From NCBI GenBank assembly GCA_009914755.4, contig CP068257.2:43008001-43072000 (forward strand): DNA of 64,000 nucleotides. Direction: 5' to 3'. Below the pieces are notes generated by a model. The model was given only the letters and a program-made list of their open reading frames with translations. It did no database searches and was not told where the DNA came from. Both the position numbers and the translations under genes were made by a program. Positions within the stretch are counted from its first letter, which is position 1. Each line of letters starts with the position of its first letter. Positions 41,141 to 54,674 of this stretch are shown here, one piece after another. The stretch is from the human T2T-CHM13v2.0 reference genome, Homo sapiens.

Positions 41141-41638
41141 GAAAAGGAAAGAGAAGGGTGTGTGTGGACTGCCGACCAGGGCAGAGGTGGGACCCACCTG
41201 CCTGGGAGCCCCACACAGTTCTGCTTCCCAGCAAGCCCAGCGGAAGGGGAGTGGGGAGGGCTGCAGTGGAGAGGGGGACTGAAGGTGTGAGCATGTCACC
41301 CCCTGGCCAGGACCCCTAAAGGCCCCGAGGGGCACCAGGCACAGTTCTCTCATGCTGGCCTCGGGCTCCCATCGCTTTTACTCCAAAGTGAGGCTGGCGA
41401 TGGATGGACCTGCGCCCCGAGCATAGAGCACCAGGCCAACCTCCCCACTCAGGTGGGGGCTCCTCCAGCAGAAAACAGACCACACACACAGCAAGAGAGG
41501 AGCCCGGGCAGCCCGGGACCACCCTCACCCCAGCCAGGAGGGAAGCCAGCGGCACGAAAAGCAAGACCAAGATAAACTAACATATCACTGCACCCAGGGG
41601 AAACCAATGGTTTAAGGAACTTAAAAAATCCTAAATAC

Positions 41639-41949
<311 letters not shown>

Positions 41950-42124
41950 TCAGATATTCAGGAAGATGTTACATCTACCAAACAAGGACAAGATGCTTTG
42001 AAAATGAACAATTAGAACAATGATCCCTAAAATGTCACAGATATTAAACATCTCATTGATATTTAAAATTAAACAGAGAGGCTTGAAGGTGAGTGTATTA
42101 GGGTTCCCTTAGAGGGACAGAATA

Positions 42125-42126
<2 letters not shown>

Positions 42127-42181
<55 letters not shown>
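42127..42181. repeat. (TA)n microsatellite, ~27 units
   Basis: Uninterrupted atatat run. Confidence 0.95.
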
Positions 42182-42186
<5 letters not shown>

Positions 42187-43213
42187 GGGGGGGTTACTAA
42201 GTATTAACTAACATGATCACAAGGTCCCACAATAGGCCGTCTGCAAGCTGAGGAGCAAAGAGATCCAGTCTGAGTCCCAAAACTGAAGAACTTGGAGTCC
42301 AGTGTTCAAGGGCAGAAAGCATCCAGCACAGCAGAAAGATGTAGGCTGGGAGGCTAGGCCAGTCTCGCCTCTTCACATTTTTTCTGTCTGCTTTATATTC
42401 GCTGGCAGCTGATTAGATGGTGCCCACTCAGATTAAGGGTGGGCCTGCCTTTCCCAGCCACTGACTCAAATGTGAATCTCCTTTGGCAACACCCTTACAG
42501 ACACTCCCAGGATCAGTACTTTGCATCCTTCAATCCAATCAAGTTGACACTCAGTATTAACCATCACCATGAGGTTGAGAAATCGCTCTGATTTGGAACA
42601 AAACGTCAAAGAGATAAAAAAGAAATGAGGAAAAAATACCATAAATGACTGATCTAGTGAATGTAATCCCTGATGTGTGGGAGTCCCACAAAGCGGGACA
42701 GTGAGAATGATGAGCGGATGCACAAATAAACTCCTAAAGAGGAGCATTTCCCAAGGCTAAAGACACAGTCTTCAGGCTGAAAAGAACCAAGTGATGCCAA
42801 GAAAAATGAACGGAAAAATCCTAGATATGTCCTCTGTTGAAATGATATAACATCAAAGATAACAAGTGGTTCCCATGGGCTTCCAGAAAATCAAACAAAC
42901 AAACAAATGAACAAGTCACCCACAAGCAATAAAAATCAGATTAGCATCAGACATCTCATCAGCAGCACTGAAGGCTACAGACTCACAGAACAACACTCAT
43001 GATGTCCGGGAGGTCAGCATTCAGCCCACGCTTTCAAAGATGAGCATGCTGTAAATAAACAGGTTAAACAAAAGATAAGCAGTTCTTAAGATAAGCAGTA
43101 AACATGACAGCAAATTATTAACCATAAAACTATTAAGCAAGCATATGTGTTTTTCTAAGGCTAAGTAGCATGTATTTTATCCTCTGGGGGTGTGGTCATT
43201 TGCTTTTCTACAT

Positions 43214-43353
43214 TTTTGTTTGTCTGTTTGTTTATAGAGAAGGGGTGGTCTTGCCATGTTGTCAGTCTAGCATCAAGCTTCTGGGCTCAAGTGATCCTTC
43301 CACCTCAGCCTCTCAAGTAGCTGGGACTACAGGTATGCACCACCATGCCAGGC
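43214..43353 (-). mobile_element. Alu left-arm fragment (reverse orientation)
   Basis: ...gagaaggggtggtcttgccatgttgtcagtctagcatcaagcttctgggctcaagtgatccttccacctcagcctctcaagtagctgggactacaggtatgcaccaccatgccaggctc. Confidence 0.7.
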
Positions 43354-43490
43354 TCTTTTCAAAATATTTTAAAGTAGTGGAAATATTTTTTCAAACTGAA
43401 TCTGACCTAGAAGTCAAGTCTGTAAAACAGATTAAAACACAGCTTCTCTAATTTAAAGTGGGATGGAGAATCCAGACACCTATTAGTTTG

Positions 43491-43590
43491 TCCTCCTCCC
43501 CTCCCTTCCCTTCATCTCCCCTCGCCTCCTCTCCCCTTCTCTCCTCTCTCCACACTTCTCTCTCTCTCCCCAGCTCACCCCCTTACCTAG
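43491..43590. repeat. Polypyrimidine (CT-rich) low-complexity tract
   Basis: tcctcctcccctcccttcccttcatctcccctcgcctcctctccccttctctcctctctccacacttctctctctctcccc. Confidence 0.85.
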
Positions 43591-43879
43591 GTAACATCTG
43601 AAATGTCTCCTAAGAACATGATTTTACAACCTTGTTGCTTTGAGTCCCTCTCTCTCCCCAAGCTCTAAGAGATTACGGAATTAGCATGTGCATCATTAGG
43701 CCAGGGAACAGAGCTGATAGCAAAGAATGGCACTCACCCCTATGTCTCTAACGTATAACTGTTAACAACATATGTTGTATCAGCCATTACTCACAGCTGA
43801 CTTTCTCTATAATAAGCTTATTTTTTCAAGAATCCTTATGTCCCCATCCGTACACTAAGACCCTAAGAACTGAGAGACA

Positions 43880-46800
43880 GAACATCAAGGACCTATTCAT
43901 CCATATTGTTCCAATTGCAAAAATGCATGAGGACATTATGTATTGATAAAAGATTCAACTCATCAAAGATATGAGAATTAGAAACATATATGCACCATAC
44001 AAAGAGTCCCCACATATATGAAGCAAACATTGACAGAATTCAAGTGAGAAATAGTTCTACAATAGTTGGAGACTTTAATATTTCATTTTCAATAATGAAC
44101 AGAACATCTAGTCAGAAGGTCAATAGGAAATAGAGAACTGAACCCACTATAAACCAGTTACTCACAAAAGATATGTATAGACACTCCACCCAACAACAGC
44201 TTTACTGGTGAATATCACCAAACATTTTTTTAAAATTTAACAAAAACCTCCTCAAGTTGTGAAAGAAAAAAATAGAAGGATCACTTTCTAACTCACTCTG
44301 TGAAGCAAACATTATGCTGATACCAAACCCACATAAGACATCAAAAGAAAAGAAAATCACAGACGAACATGACTTGTAAGTACAGATGCAAAAATTCTCA
44401 ACAAAATACTAGCAAAGTGATTCCAACAGCATATTAAAAGGATTATATACCATGACCAAGTTGGATTTATCCCAGGAATGCAAAGATAGCTCCAGATTAA
44501 AAATAATCAATGTAGTATACCACACGAAGAGAATGAAGTGAAAAAACCCACATGATCTCAATTAACAAAGAAAAGGCTTTGACAAAGTCCAACACCATTT
44601 TATGATTTTAAAACACTCAGAAAACTAGAAATAGAAGGGAATTTCCTCAACATGCTAAACAGCATGTATGAAAAACCCACAGCTTGCATTATACTTGACA
44701 GTGAAAGACTGAAAGCTTTCCCCCTAAGATTAGGAACAAGACAGGATGTCCCTTTTCACCACCAATATTCAACATTGTACTGGAAGTTCTAGCCAGAGCT
44801 ATTAAACAAGAAAAATAAATAAATAAAAGTCATTAAAATTGGAAAGGAAGAAGTAAAATTATTTCTATTCACGGGTGACATGATCATGTCTATAGAAAAT
44901 CCCAAAGAATCCACAAGAAAGCTACTAGAGCTTTATTAAAGAATTCACCAAAGTTTCAGGGTACAAGATCAACATACAAAAATCATGCATGTTTCTATAC
45001 ACCAGCAATGAAAAATCTGATAAGGAAATTAAGAAAAACAATTCCATTTCAATGGCATCCAAAAGAATAAAATACCTAGTAACAAATATAACCAAGGAGG
45101 TAAGAGACTTGTACAATGATAACTGTAAAACATTGCTGAAAGAATTAAAGAAGACCTAAATAAATGGAAAGACATCCATGTTCATGGATTAGAAGACTTA
45201 ATGTTGTTAAAATGGCAGTACTACCCAAAGAAATCTACAGATTCAATGCAGTCCTTATCAAAATTCCAAGTCTTTTTTTTTTCCAGAAATGAAAAAGCTG
45301 ATCTTCAAGCACATATGGATTATAGGAACTCAGAATAGCCAAAACAATCTTGAAAAAGAGGGACAAAGCTGGAGGATTCACACTTCCTAATTTCAAAACA
45401 TACTACAAAGCTACAGTAATCAAAACAGTGTGGTACTGGCCTAAGAACAGACATATGGACCAATAGAATAGAACTCAAAGGTCAGAAATAAACTCATACA
45501 TTTATGGCCAACTGATTTTCAACAAGAGTGTCAAGATAATTCAATAAGGAAAGAATAATCTCTTCAACAAATGGTGTTAGGAAAACTAGATTTACAGATG
45601 GGAAAGAATGAAGTTGGGCCCTTACCTAATATCATATATAAAAATTAACTCTAAATGGATCAATGCCCTAAATATGGTAGCTGGAACCATCAAAATCTTA
45701 GGAGAAAAGATGGGAAAAATGCTTTATTCCCTTGGATTTGACACTAGGTTCTTAGATATTACGCAAGAAGCACCAGCAACAAAAGAAAAAATAAATTGGA
45801 CTTCATCAAAATTTAAAACTTTTTTGAATCAGAGAACACTGTCAAGAAAGTGAAAAGACAATCCACAGAATGAAAGAAAATATTTGCAAATCATACATCT
45901 GACTGTGACTCAACAACAAAAAGACAACCCAACTAAAAAATAGGCAAAAGATTGAGTAGACATTTCTCCAGTGAAGGTATGCAAATGGCCAATAAGTACA
46001 TGAAAAGATGCTCAACAGTATTACTCATTAGGAAAATGGAAATCAAAACCACAATGAATGCTACTTCACACCTACCAGGATGGCTGTAATTTTTTTTTTA
46101 AAGGAAAATAACAAGTGTTGGCAAAGATGTGGAGAAATTGGAACCCTCATACTTTACCAGTGGGAATGTAGAATAGTGCAACCACTGCGGAAACATTTTG
46201 GTGGTTCCTTAAAAGTTAAACATAGAATTACCACATGACTCAGGAAATAAGGAGCACCCAAAAGAACTAAAAATAAGTAAATAAATAAAAAGAGAGAGGC
46301 TCAAATAGATCCTTGTATGTCAACATTCTTTGCAGCATTATTCATAATAGCCAAAAGGTATGAATAACCCAAGTATCTACCAACAGATGAATGGATGAAT
46401 GGATTCACACTTCCCAATTTTAAAACCTACTGCAAAGCTACAGTAATCAAAACAGTGTGGTACTAACATAAGGATAGACACAAAAAGCAATCAAATCTAA
46501 GAGTCCGGAAATAAAGCTATTCATTCACGGTCAACCGATTTTCAACAAGAATGCCAAGACCATTCAATGGAGAAGGAATCATCTCTTCCCCAAATGGTGC
46601 TGGGAAAACTAGATTTCCACATGAAAAGAAACATGTGGTATATCTGTATGAAGGAATATTATTTATCCATAAAAATGAAAGAAGTCCTGACACATATTGC
46701 AACACAGATAAACATTGGAAACATTGTGCCAAGTGAAATAAGTCAGTCACAAAAAAAACAAATATTGTTTGATTCCTCTTACATGAAGTATCTAGAACAG

Positions 46801-47100
46801 GCAACTTCACAGAAACAGAAAGTAGAATAGAAGTGACCAGTGACAGTGGGGAGAAGGAAATGGGGAGTGAATGTTTAATGGGGACAGAGTTTCAGTTCGG
46901 GAAGAAGAAACAGTCCTAGAGGTGAACAGTGGTGGTGGTTGCACAGCACTGTGAATGTACTTAACCCACAGAATTGTTCACTTAAAAATGGTTAAAATGG
47001 TAAATTTTATGCTATGTATATTTTACCACGATGTTTAAAAGATAAAAATAGTTGGCTATTTTATGTTATATATATTTTATCACAAAAAAAACATTTTTAA
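43880..47100 (+). mobile_element. Old L1 element (ORF2 through 3'UTR), internally rearranged
   Basis: ORF2-like frames (…YKINIQKSCMFLYTSNEKSDKEIKKTIPFQ…; …[37 protein letters not shown]…; …NSKWINALNM…). The 3' tail ends around 47100. A repeated segment (45290-45420 vs 46380-46470) indicates rearrangement. Confidence 0.65.
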
Positions 47101-49403
47101 AGGCAGTCAAATGGAAGAATATGCAGTTTTAGCACACATGTATTGATAAAGTCATAATAAACAACAATTATTGAGTGCCTATCATGAAAATAATGCACAC
47201 AAGGCTGCAGGTTGTTGACCTTGCTGAGTCTCAGAAAAGTGGCTCGAGTAGCTCGTGGAGGAAGTGGGGAGAAGGCGGCGCTCACAGAGCTTCCCGTGAG
47301 CCGGTGCAGCATGAAGATCGAATAAACCTGCTGAGGACACTCCGGGTGGAATGGCGTATCTTCTAGCTCTTCAATGTCCCTTCTGCTCACACAGAGCATG
47401 GAGGGTCTCCCCTGGACTTGCCCCAAGGGGGGTCGTGCTTTGCCCCAACCCTCCAGGCCTCTGCCACAGGCTGGAGGAGCTGCTTGATGCAGACACTTGA
47501 CCTCGGAGGTGTTTAACCCAGATGTCCCCAGATCCTCTGGCCTTCTGAGGTCACTCTTTATAATCCAAATAAAATAACAAGAGACAGTGCCCTCCAAACT
47601 GTGGGGAACCTATCCAGCCTCCCCCGACCCCACCCCAACTCCTGTGGCTTTGGGGCATTCACACTCTCCTGGTCCTGTCCTGGCACCCTTGCTCCCACTG
47701 GACTGGACGCTGTGCTGTCTCTCAGGTACGCAAGTGCACCACAGACTCTGATATGTACAGAACAGGCCCCTGGGTCTCGGTCCCCAAAGCACCTCTTCTC
47801 AGACCTTCTACTGAGAGGTCGGGGGTCGGGTCATGACACACAGCAGGAAATGAATGCACGACTCAGGCCAGAGGCATCAGCTGGTCCTCCCTCCCTTGGG
47901 CCTCTCCCTGGCCATGCCCCAACCTGGCTCACACTCCCTCAGGGTTGCAATGACCTCCGATCCCAAGACCCTTTTCCCAAGTCCAATTTTTCCTCCAAGT
48001 TCCTGGTCCCTTGTGGTGGGCCAGTTTATTCAGCTTAGGAGAAATGATTGTTAAATATTCAGAATCTTCTCAAGCAGGTTGTTAAACTGCTCATAGCTTG
48101 AAATCAGCCAGGATATGAATATTTACACCACGGATGACAGCTAACACTCCACGCCAGGGTTCTCATCTCACCGCAGCGGGACAGGGGTACACGCCACACA
48201 CCAGGGTTTCATCTCATCACAGGGTAATGTTTACAACGCAGAGACCAGCAGACACCACACACCAGGGCTTTTCACTTCAAGGGGCCCATCCACCACACAC
48301 CTCGAGCCCTCACCTGCTGGTCACTGCCTGTGGGCCTGAAGCCCTCCAACTTTCCAGGCAGAGCCAAGCAGCTCTCCCTTAATCTCAGGATCCTCCAGGC
48401 TAGATGAGCCCTGGGGCTCTAGAGTCCTCAACCACAAAGGCTGCCGAATGTCTTCTTCTCAAAATTAAAAACAATTCACTTCCCATAAAGAAATCTTTCA
48501 ACCTCCTAGAACAACCCCTCTGAACTCTGAACTGGACCTTCCCTTCACAATAATGTTTTTTCACATTCCCACTCATAAATAAACCCAAATCCTCTCTCTT
48601 TAGATGGAAGGAGCTCCTTTTTTATAGCTAGACCCAACCGTCTGGGCACCCATCAGATATTTTCACATCAATCCCACACCGCCATGTCTAAATCATGCTC
48701 CGCCCCGCTCTTCTCACACAATCTGGGTTTCTCATTCTGATTTCCCACGTCCCTTGCTCTCTGAGGCAGCAGAGGTTAATGGCTAAGAACATAGAATACG
48801 GGCCTGCCAGGCCTCCAGTGCATGCTCCTCTGCCTGCTGGTGCAGCCTTTTGCACAAGTTCTTCATTGTGACTCAGTTTCTCCATCTGTAGAGTGGGGAT
48901 AATAACAGCCCCTACTTTACAAGGTTGATGTATGGGTTAGTGAGGTCATATTTACAAACTTGCTCAGAATACTTCCTGACACACAGCAAGACCTATCACA
49001 TGACTGTTTGCCGAAAAAAATAAAAATAAATCCAGCTCCCAAGCCATTCATTGGTCTACGGATTCAAGATAAAGAGAATATAAAACAAGAAGAAAAACAT
49101 CCTTGACTCAACTGAGTGTGAAGAAATTAGGGGGAAATAATAGTAAGCAATACCAAATGACAATCACAGAGGGGCGGCCAAGGGCTGCTGACCTTCTGTG
49201 GTCCACGCAGAGGCTGGGCTCCAGCCCATTGGCCGGCTCCCTCCACGGCCCCACGGTCCCGCTCAGTTCTGACACCTGGGGAGCTTCAGGAGCTAAGCTA
49301 CGCTACACGGTTCATGGTGAGCATCCTCAAGAAACCACCCCAAACACCAACAAGGAAAGAAGCCTGGGGCCTTGTGCTGGGACAACACACACACCCTTGA
49401 GAG

Positions 49404-49412
49404 ATATATAAG
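49404..49412 (+). promoter_or_regulatory. TATA box (gatatataagctcc) of KRTAP10-12
   Basis: atatataag lies about 235 bp upstream of the ATG. It is separated from the start codon by a tandem-repeat-expanded 5'UTR. Confidence 0.6.
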
Positions 49413-49417
49413 CTCCT

Positions 49418-49609
49418 AGCACCCAGACACTCACTCACTCCCTCCTTCCCATCCAGCACCCAGACGCTCACTCACTCCCTCCCTCCTGCCCATCCAGCAC
49501 CCAGACGCTCACTCACTCCCTCCCTCCTGCCCATCCAGCACCCAGACACTCACTCACTCCCTCCTTCCCATCCAGCACCCAGACACTCACTGTCTCCCTC
49601 TCAGCTCCC
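49418..49609 (+). repeat. 37-41-bp tandem repeat x~4.9 within the 5' leader of KRTAP10-12
   Basis: Unit agcacccagacRctcactcactccctccYtcctgcccatcc, with copies at 49418, 49455, 49496, 49537 and 49574 read directly. Confidence 0.85.
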
Positions 49610-49641
49610 CCAGCTCAACCCCCAGCACGGCTGCATCCACC

Positions 49642-50379
49642 ATGTCCGTCTGCTCCAGCGACCTGAGCTATGGCAGCCGCGTCTGCCTTCCTGGTTCCTG
49701 TGACTCTTGCTCCGACTCCTGGCAGGTGGACGACTGCCCAGAGAGCTGCTGTGAGCCCCCCTGCTGCGCCCCGGCCCCCTGCCTGAGCCTGGTCTGCACC
49801 CCAGTGAGCCGTGTATCCAGCCCCTGCTGCCGAGTGACCTGTGAGCCCAGCCCCTGCCAATCAGGCTGCACCAGCTCCTGCACGCCCTCGTGCTGCCAGC
49901 AGTCTAGCTGCCAGCCGGCTTGCTGCACCTCCTCCCCCTGCCAGCAGGCCTGCTGCGTGCCCGTCTGCTGCAAGACTGTCTGCTGCAAGCCTGTGTGCTG
50001 TATGCCCGTCTGCTGTGGGCCTTCTTCTTCATGCTGCCAGCAGTCTAGCTGCCAGCCAGCTTGCTGCATCTCCTCCCCGTGTCAACAGTCCTGCTGTGTG
50101 CCCGTCTGCTGCAAGCCCATCTGCTGTGTGCCTGTCTGCTCTGGGGCCTCCTCTCTGTGCTGCCAGCAGTCTAGCTGCCAGCCAGCTTGCTGCACCACCT
50201 CCTGCTGCAGACCCTCCTCCTCCGTGTCCCTCCTCTGCCGCCCTGTGTGCAGACCCGCCCGCCGCGTGCCCGTCCCCTCCTGCTGTGTCCCCACCTCCTC
50301 CTGCCAGCCAAGCTGCGGCCGCCTGGCCTCCTGCGGGTCCCTCCTCTGCCGCCCCACATGTTCCCGCCTGGCCTGCTGA
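49642..50379 (+). CDS. KRTAP10-12: Keratin-associated protein 10-12 (245 aa, single exon, ultra-high-sulfur)
   Basis: MSVCSSDLSYGSRVCLPGSCDSCSDSWQVDDCPESCCEPPCCAPAPCLSLVCTPVS...CCQQSSCQPACC repeats...CRPTCSRLAC. The 245-aa length and KRTAP10 family signature match, and it sits at the distal end of the KRTAP12 block as expected for KRTAP10-12. Confidence 0.8.
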   Translation: MSVCSSDLSYGSRVCLPGSCDSCSDSWQVDDCPESCCEPPCCAPAPCLSLVCTPVSRVSSPCCRVTCEPSPCQSGCTSSCTPSCCQQSSCQPACCTSSPCQQACCVPVCCKTVCCKPVCCMPVCCGPSSSCCQQSSCQPACCISSPCQQSCCVPVCCKPICCVPVCSGASSLCCQQSSCQPACCTTSCCRPSSSVSLLCRPVCRPARRVPVPSCCVPTSSCQPSCGRLASCGSLLCRPTCSRLAC

Positions 50380-50689
50380 GGCCTCTGCTCAGGCCAGAAG
50401 TCCAGCTGCTGCCAGGCATGTCCCCCAGGGCCACTGGGCACTATGAGTCCCCCACCTCTCCCACTACTGGCCCCTCGGCTGCTCTGGTGTCTGTCTCTTC
50501 CTTGGAGATGCGTGCACAGCCTCTCTTCCCCTAAGCCCTGGGGGCTCCTGCTAAGCTCCAGATGACCCTGCCTCCACCCACTCCCCCGGCTCTTCCAGAC
50601 CACTTCCCACATTCCAGGCCCCTGTGGTCTCGCCTCCTTGGCAGCTGCTGTGCCTCCTCTGGCCATTGTAGGACCATGCTTGGAAGTCC

Positions 50690-50695
50690 TAATAA
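50690..50695 (+). terminator. Polyadenylation signal AATAAA for KRTAP10-12
   Basis: ggaagtcctaataaacaccctcc lies about 310 nt after the stop codon. Confidence 0.6.
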
Positions 50696-51349
50696 ACACC
50701 CTCCACGTAGCCCGGCTGCACTTTGCTCTCTTCTTTGAGTCATTTCTGGTTGAATTGCTGACCAGCCCGACAGGAGGCCAGGACACAGATGCAGCCTCCT
50801 GGGGCCCTCGCGCCCAGCCTCAGCCCTTCTCCAGGCCCCAACACACATTAGTCTGGCACTGGTGCCGTCCCCGCAGGAATGTACCAGTCCCAGGGAGGGT
50901 CAACGGAGCGGCCGTCCCCACCCCAGCCCAGCAGGCAAGTCCGTCTCCCAGGGCCCTGATGGGCGAGTGTCAGAGGTGGCAGCGGGGTCACTCGCAGGCA
51001 CAGCCGCCCCCACCGCCCCACATTTCCCCGCCAAGTTGCCAGTCCCTGCCAAGTGGGGGCTGGCTGGACACGGAGTCCTGGTTGCAGACAGAGAGGATGG
51101 CTCGCTCCACCTGCAGCCCAGCCCCTCAGTCCTCACAGGGAGATTCAGAGTCCCGGGACAAGCGTCCAGGCTCAGCTGCCAAACCTCTCCCACCTCTCCA
51201 GATCCAGAAGCGGTCCACTTCCTTCTACTGCCCCTACAACTCCCGTGTCTGAAGCCTACTGCCCAGATCATGAATATCTTGAAGTCTCTTCTAACAGAAA
51301 ATAGATAAAGCTCCAGCCGGGGCAACAGAGTGAAACCTTGTCTCCATTA

Positions 51350-51660
51350 AAAATAAAAAGGCCAGGCGTGTGGCTCAGGCCTGCAGTCCCAGCATTTTGG
51401 GAGACTGAGGCAGGAAGATCACTTGAGCCCAGGAATTCGAGACCAGCCTGGCCAACATAGTGAGACCTTGTCTCTAAAAATACAAAAATTAGCAGGGCAT
51501 CATGGCACGCGCCTGTGGTACCACCTACCCGGGAAGCGGAAGCAGAAGAATCACTTGAGCCGGGAGGCGGAGGGTGCAGTGAGCTGAGATTGTACCACTG
51601 CACTCCAGCCTGGACGACAGAGTGAGACCCTGTCTCAAAAAATTAATTAATTAATTAAAG
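51350..51660 (+). mobile_element. Alu SINE (preceded by an Alu-tail fragment at 51313-51349)
   Basis: ggccaggcgtgtggctcaggcctgcagtcccagcattttgggagactgaggcaggaagatcacttgagcccaggaattcgagaccagcctggccaacatagtgagacc... Confidence 0.85.
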
Positions 51661-51671
51661 TAAAAAATACA

Positions 51672-51840
<169 letters not shown>

Positions 51841-53759
51841 GGTTGGGGAAAGAAAAGGGGTGCAGCCGAAGGCCCCTCCCTCCTGACTGCAGCCTCTGAC
51901 TCAGTGCTGCCTTGCACCTCCCAGAGGAAGTGGGTCCTGGTGACCCCATCTCACCCCCAGCTCCTCCAACACACCGTTCTTCTCTTCCCTCTTCCCACAG
52001 CTGGCCAAGAACTGCGGTGCTCAGGTCGCTCTCCCTCTGTCCCTCACTCTGCCGGCCAGCCCCTGCTGCGCCTGGCCCTGTAACGCCGTCTCCCTGGGCT
52101 TCTGGGATGCGTCTGTCTCAGCTCCTGCACCCACTCCTCTGACTTTTCTCTATGTGCGTTCTCTCCCTGCCCCCAAACTCCAGGTCTCCAACCAGGTGCC
52201 TCCCCTGGGCTCCCAGCCACGCTTACGGCGGCCTCCAGGTGTGCCCCCAGACCGAAGGGAAGCTGCATCTGGGCACATCTGAAGCTGAGCTAGCGTCTTC
52301 CTCCAAACTGCCCTCTCCCCTGACCGGCTGGGGCAGCTGGACTCCACCCCGTCCCCCGCCCTGCCCTGGCCCTGCCATCTTCACTGAGCTGCCAGATATC
52401 TTTGGGGTCTGCCCTGCCTCTCCCCTCCACCATTTCTTTAGCTTAGGGTGATTTGCTAAACAGCTCTGGGCCAGCAGGGCTGCCAACAGTCCTGTCCACA
52501 GGTAAGAGCATCCTAGGAGACGCCCCGTGCTTTGAGAGTGCCCCATGACAACAGAGATTCTTCTACAGAATTTTTTTTGGAAGAAAGCATGTTCTTTGTC
52601 CAAGAGAAGATGCTGATTTTGGAGAAAGATAGGAAGAACTTGGTGACTTCAGGCGACACTCTGCCTTCCAGTCCAGGGTTCCACCACCAGGAAGGCTGGA
52701 GAGCAGGAAGAAAAGGGCTGGCAGCACAAAGGCTGGGGTCGTGCTGGGTGTCACGTGTGCTTGGCAGGGAGAGCCGTTCCTCTGTCCTTGCTGGGGCCCC
52801 TCCTCTGCCGACCCCCAGTGCAGTCCCTCAGCCCATCCCTGCAATCCCTCAGCGATGAAGGACCGGAGAGAGGAGGCCAGTCCACACGAGAAGAGCCGAG
52901 GGAGCAGAGACTTCCCAGAACCCCCCTTGCCAACCAAACAGCACACAGTGAGAGGGGCCTGGAGGCCCCGGGGGTGCCGCATGAGGCCTTCTATTTTGTC
53001 AGAAATTCACGATATCCATGAAGTCCGTGGTTTGAATCTGCCTTGGGGCCGGGCAGTGGGAACTTCACGGTTAAAGAACTCCTGGGGGCCCTGAAGCCTC
53101 AGCCCCTCAGCAGTGTCTGGTTAAACCCACCTGCAGCAGGGAAACCTTCCACCTAAAGGCATCCCAGGCTTGCCAGGCTTGAGAGGAAATTCAGGTGTCA
53201 CTGTTAAGCCTGATACTGCCTCGTGGCCAATAAAAACAGTGGCTGACCTTCAGGAAGCCTTCGTGACCTGTTTTGAACCACGTAATCCTCACGTGGCCTT
53301 GTGGGGTGAGTGGACCATGACCCCATCTTGCAGAAAAGGAAACCGCAGCCCATAGGGTGATATTCCAAGGTCGTGCAAGCCAAGTCAGAGGTGAGAGGTG
53401 GACAGAGGCAGAAACCAACAGAACCCTGGGAAAGGGTGTGGTGGTGAAATGACACCCCCCAGACGATGTCCCTACCCTCATCCCTGGAACCTGTGAATCT
53501 GCCCTTATAGTGAGGAAAAGCACTTTGCAGATTGATTAGATTGCTGATTAAGATCCTTAAACATTTTTTAAACCGACACATCATTATTGTACATATCCAT
53601 GGAGTTCCCAGTGACGCTTCCATAGGGACAGCGCGGAGTGGTCGGGCCGGGGTGCCCAGAGCTCCCACCATCTCAAACACGGACTGTTTCTCTCTGCGGG
53701 GAACATTCGATACCTTCCTTCCAGCGACGTGAAACGATATATTCTTGCTGATTTACAGT

Positions 53760-54300
53760 CATCCTACAGTGCTATCTAGAACAGCGGTCCCCAACCTTCA
53801 TGGCACCAGGGACCAGTTTTGTGGTAGACAACTTTTCCACGGACTGGGGAGGGGGATGGTTTGGGGATGATTCAAGCGCATTACATTTATTGTGCACTGT
53901 CTTTCCATTATTACATTGTAATTTATAACGAAATAATCATACAACTCACCATCATGTCAAATCAGTGGGAGCCCTGAGCTTGTTTTCCTGCAACCAGATG
54001 GTCCCGTCTGGGGGTGATGGGAGACAGGGGCAGACCATCAGGCATTAGATTCTCACAAGGAGCAACAGAGACCCCTGGCATGTGCAGTTCACAGCGGGGT
54101 TCGTGGTCCTCTGAGGATCCAGTGCTTCCACTGATCTGGCAGGAGGCGGAGCTCGGGTGGTAAAGCTCACTCACCTGCCACTCCCCTCCGGCTGTAAAGC
54201 TCACTCACCTGCCACTCCCCTCCGGCTGTAAAGCTCAGTTCCTAACAGGCCACGGCTGTAGTGGTCCCCGTCCCGGGGTTGGGACCCCCTGCTATAGAAC
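53760..54300. mobile_element. High-copy interspersed repeat (DNA-transposon-like; family not assigned) with internal 35-bp tandem duplication at 54161-54230
   Basis: Sequence typical of a common human repeat (…ggcaccagggaccagttttgtgg…tcagtgggagccctgagcttgttttcctgcaaccagatggtcccgtctgggggtgatgggagacagg…ggttgggaccccctg). ctcactcacctgccactcccctccggctgtaaag is duplicated. Confidence 0.4.
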
Positions 54301-54674
54301 ACTAGAACGTGTCCCCCCTGAGCAGCTGCAATTCTGTGTCTTTCGGCAAGTCTCTCCCTATCCTCCCTGCCCTGTCCTTCCACACTCCAGCATCTCCTGC
54401 CCTGTTTTCCTTCCGTGAGATCCACGTTCTCTGTCCTCTATCTCTGAGCCAAGTTCAGAGCCCTGAGATATGAGATGATCCTGGCTTAGCCAGAGAGACC
54501 CTAAGTGCCGTCACACACGTTCCTATGAGAGGGAGGCAGGGAAACTTCACCCAGGAGAGGCAGCGTCCACATGAGCACAGGGGTGGAGACTGAAGCGATG
54601 GAGCAGAGACCACCATCCACCCCACAGAGCAAAAGCTCCAGAGGAACAAAGGGGCCTCCCTGAGCCAGTGCTTC

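Noticed and set aside
47097-47597. 166-aa minus-strand ORF with no repeat content
   Set aside because: It has no recognisable domain, no splice or promoter context, and unremarkable composition. It is most likely a chance ORF in intronic DNA next to an L1 3' end.
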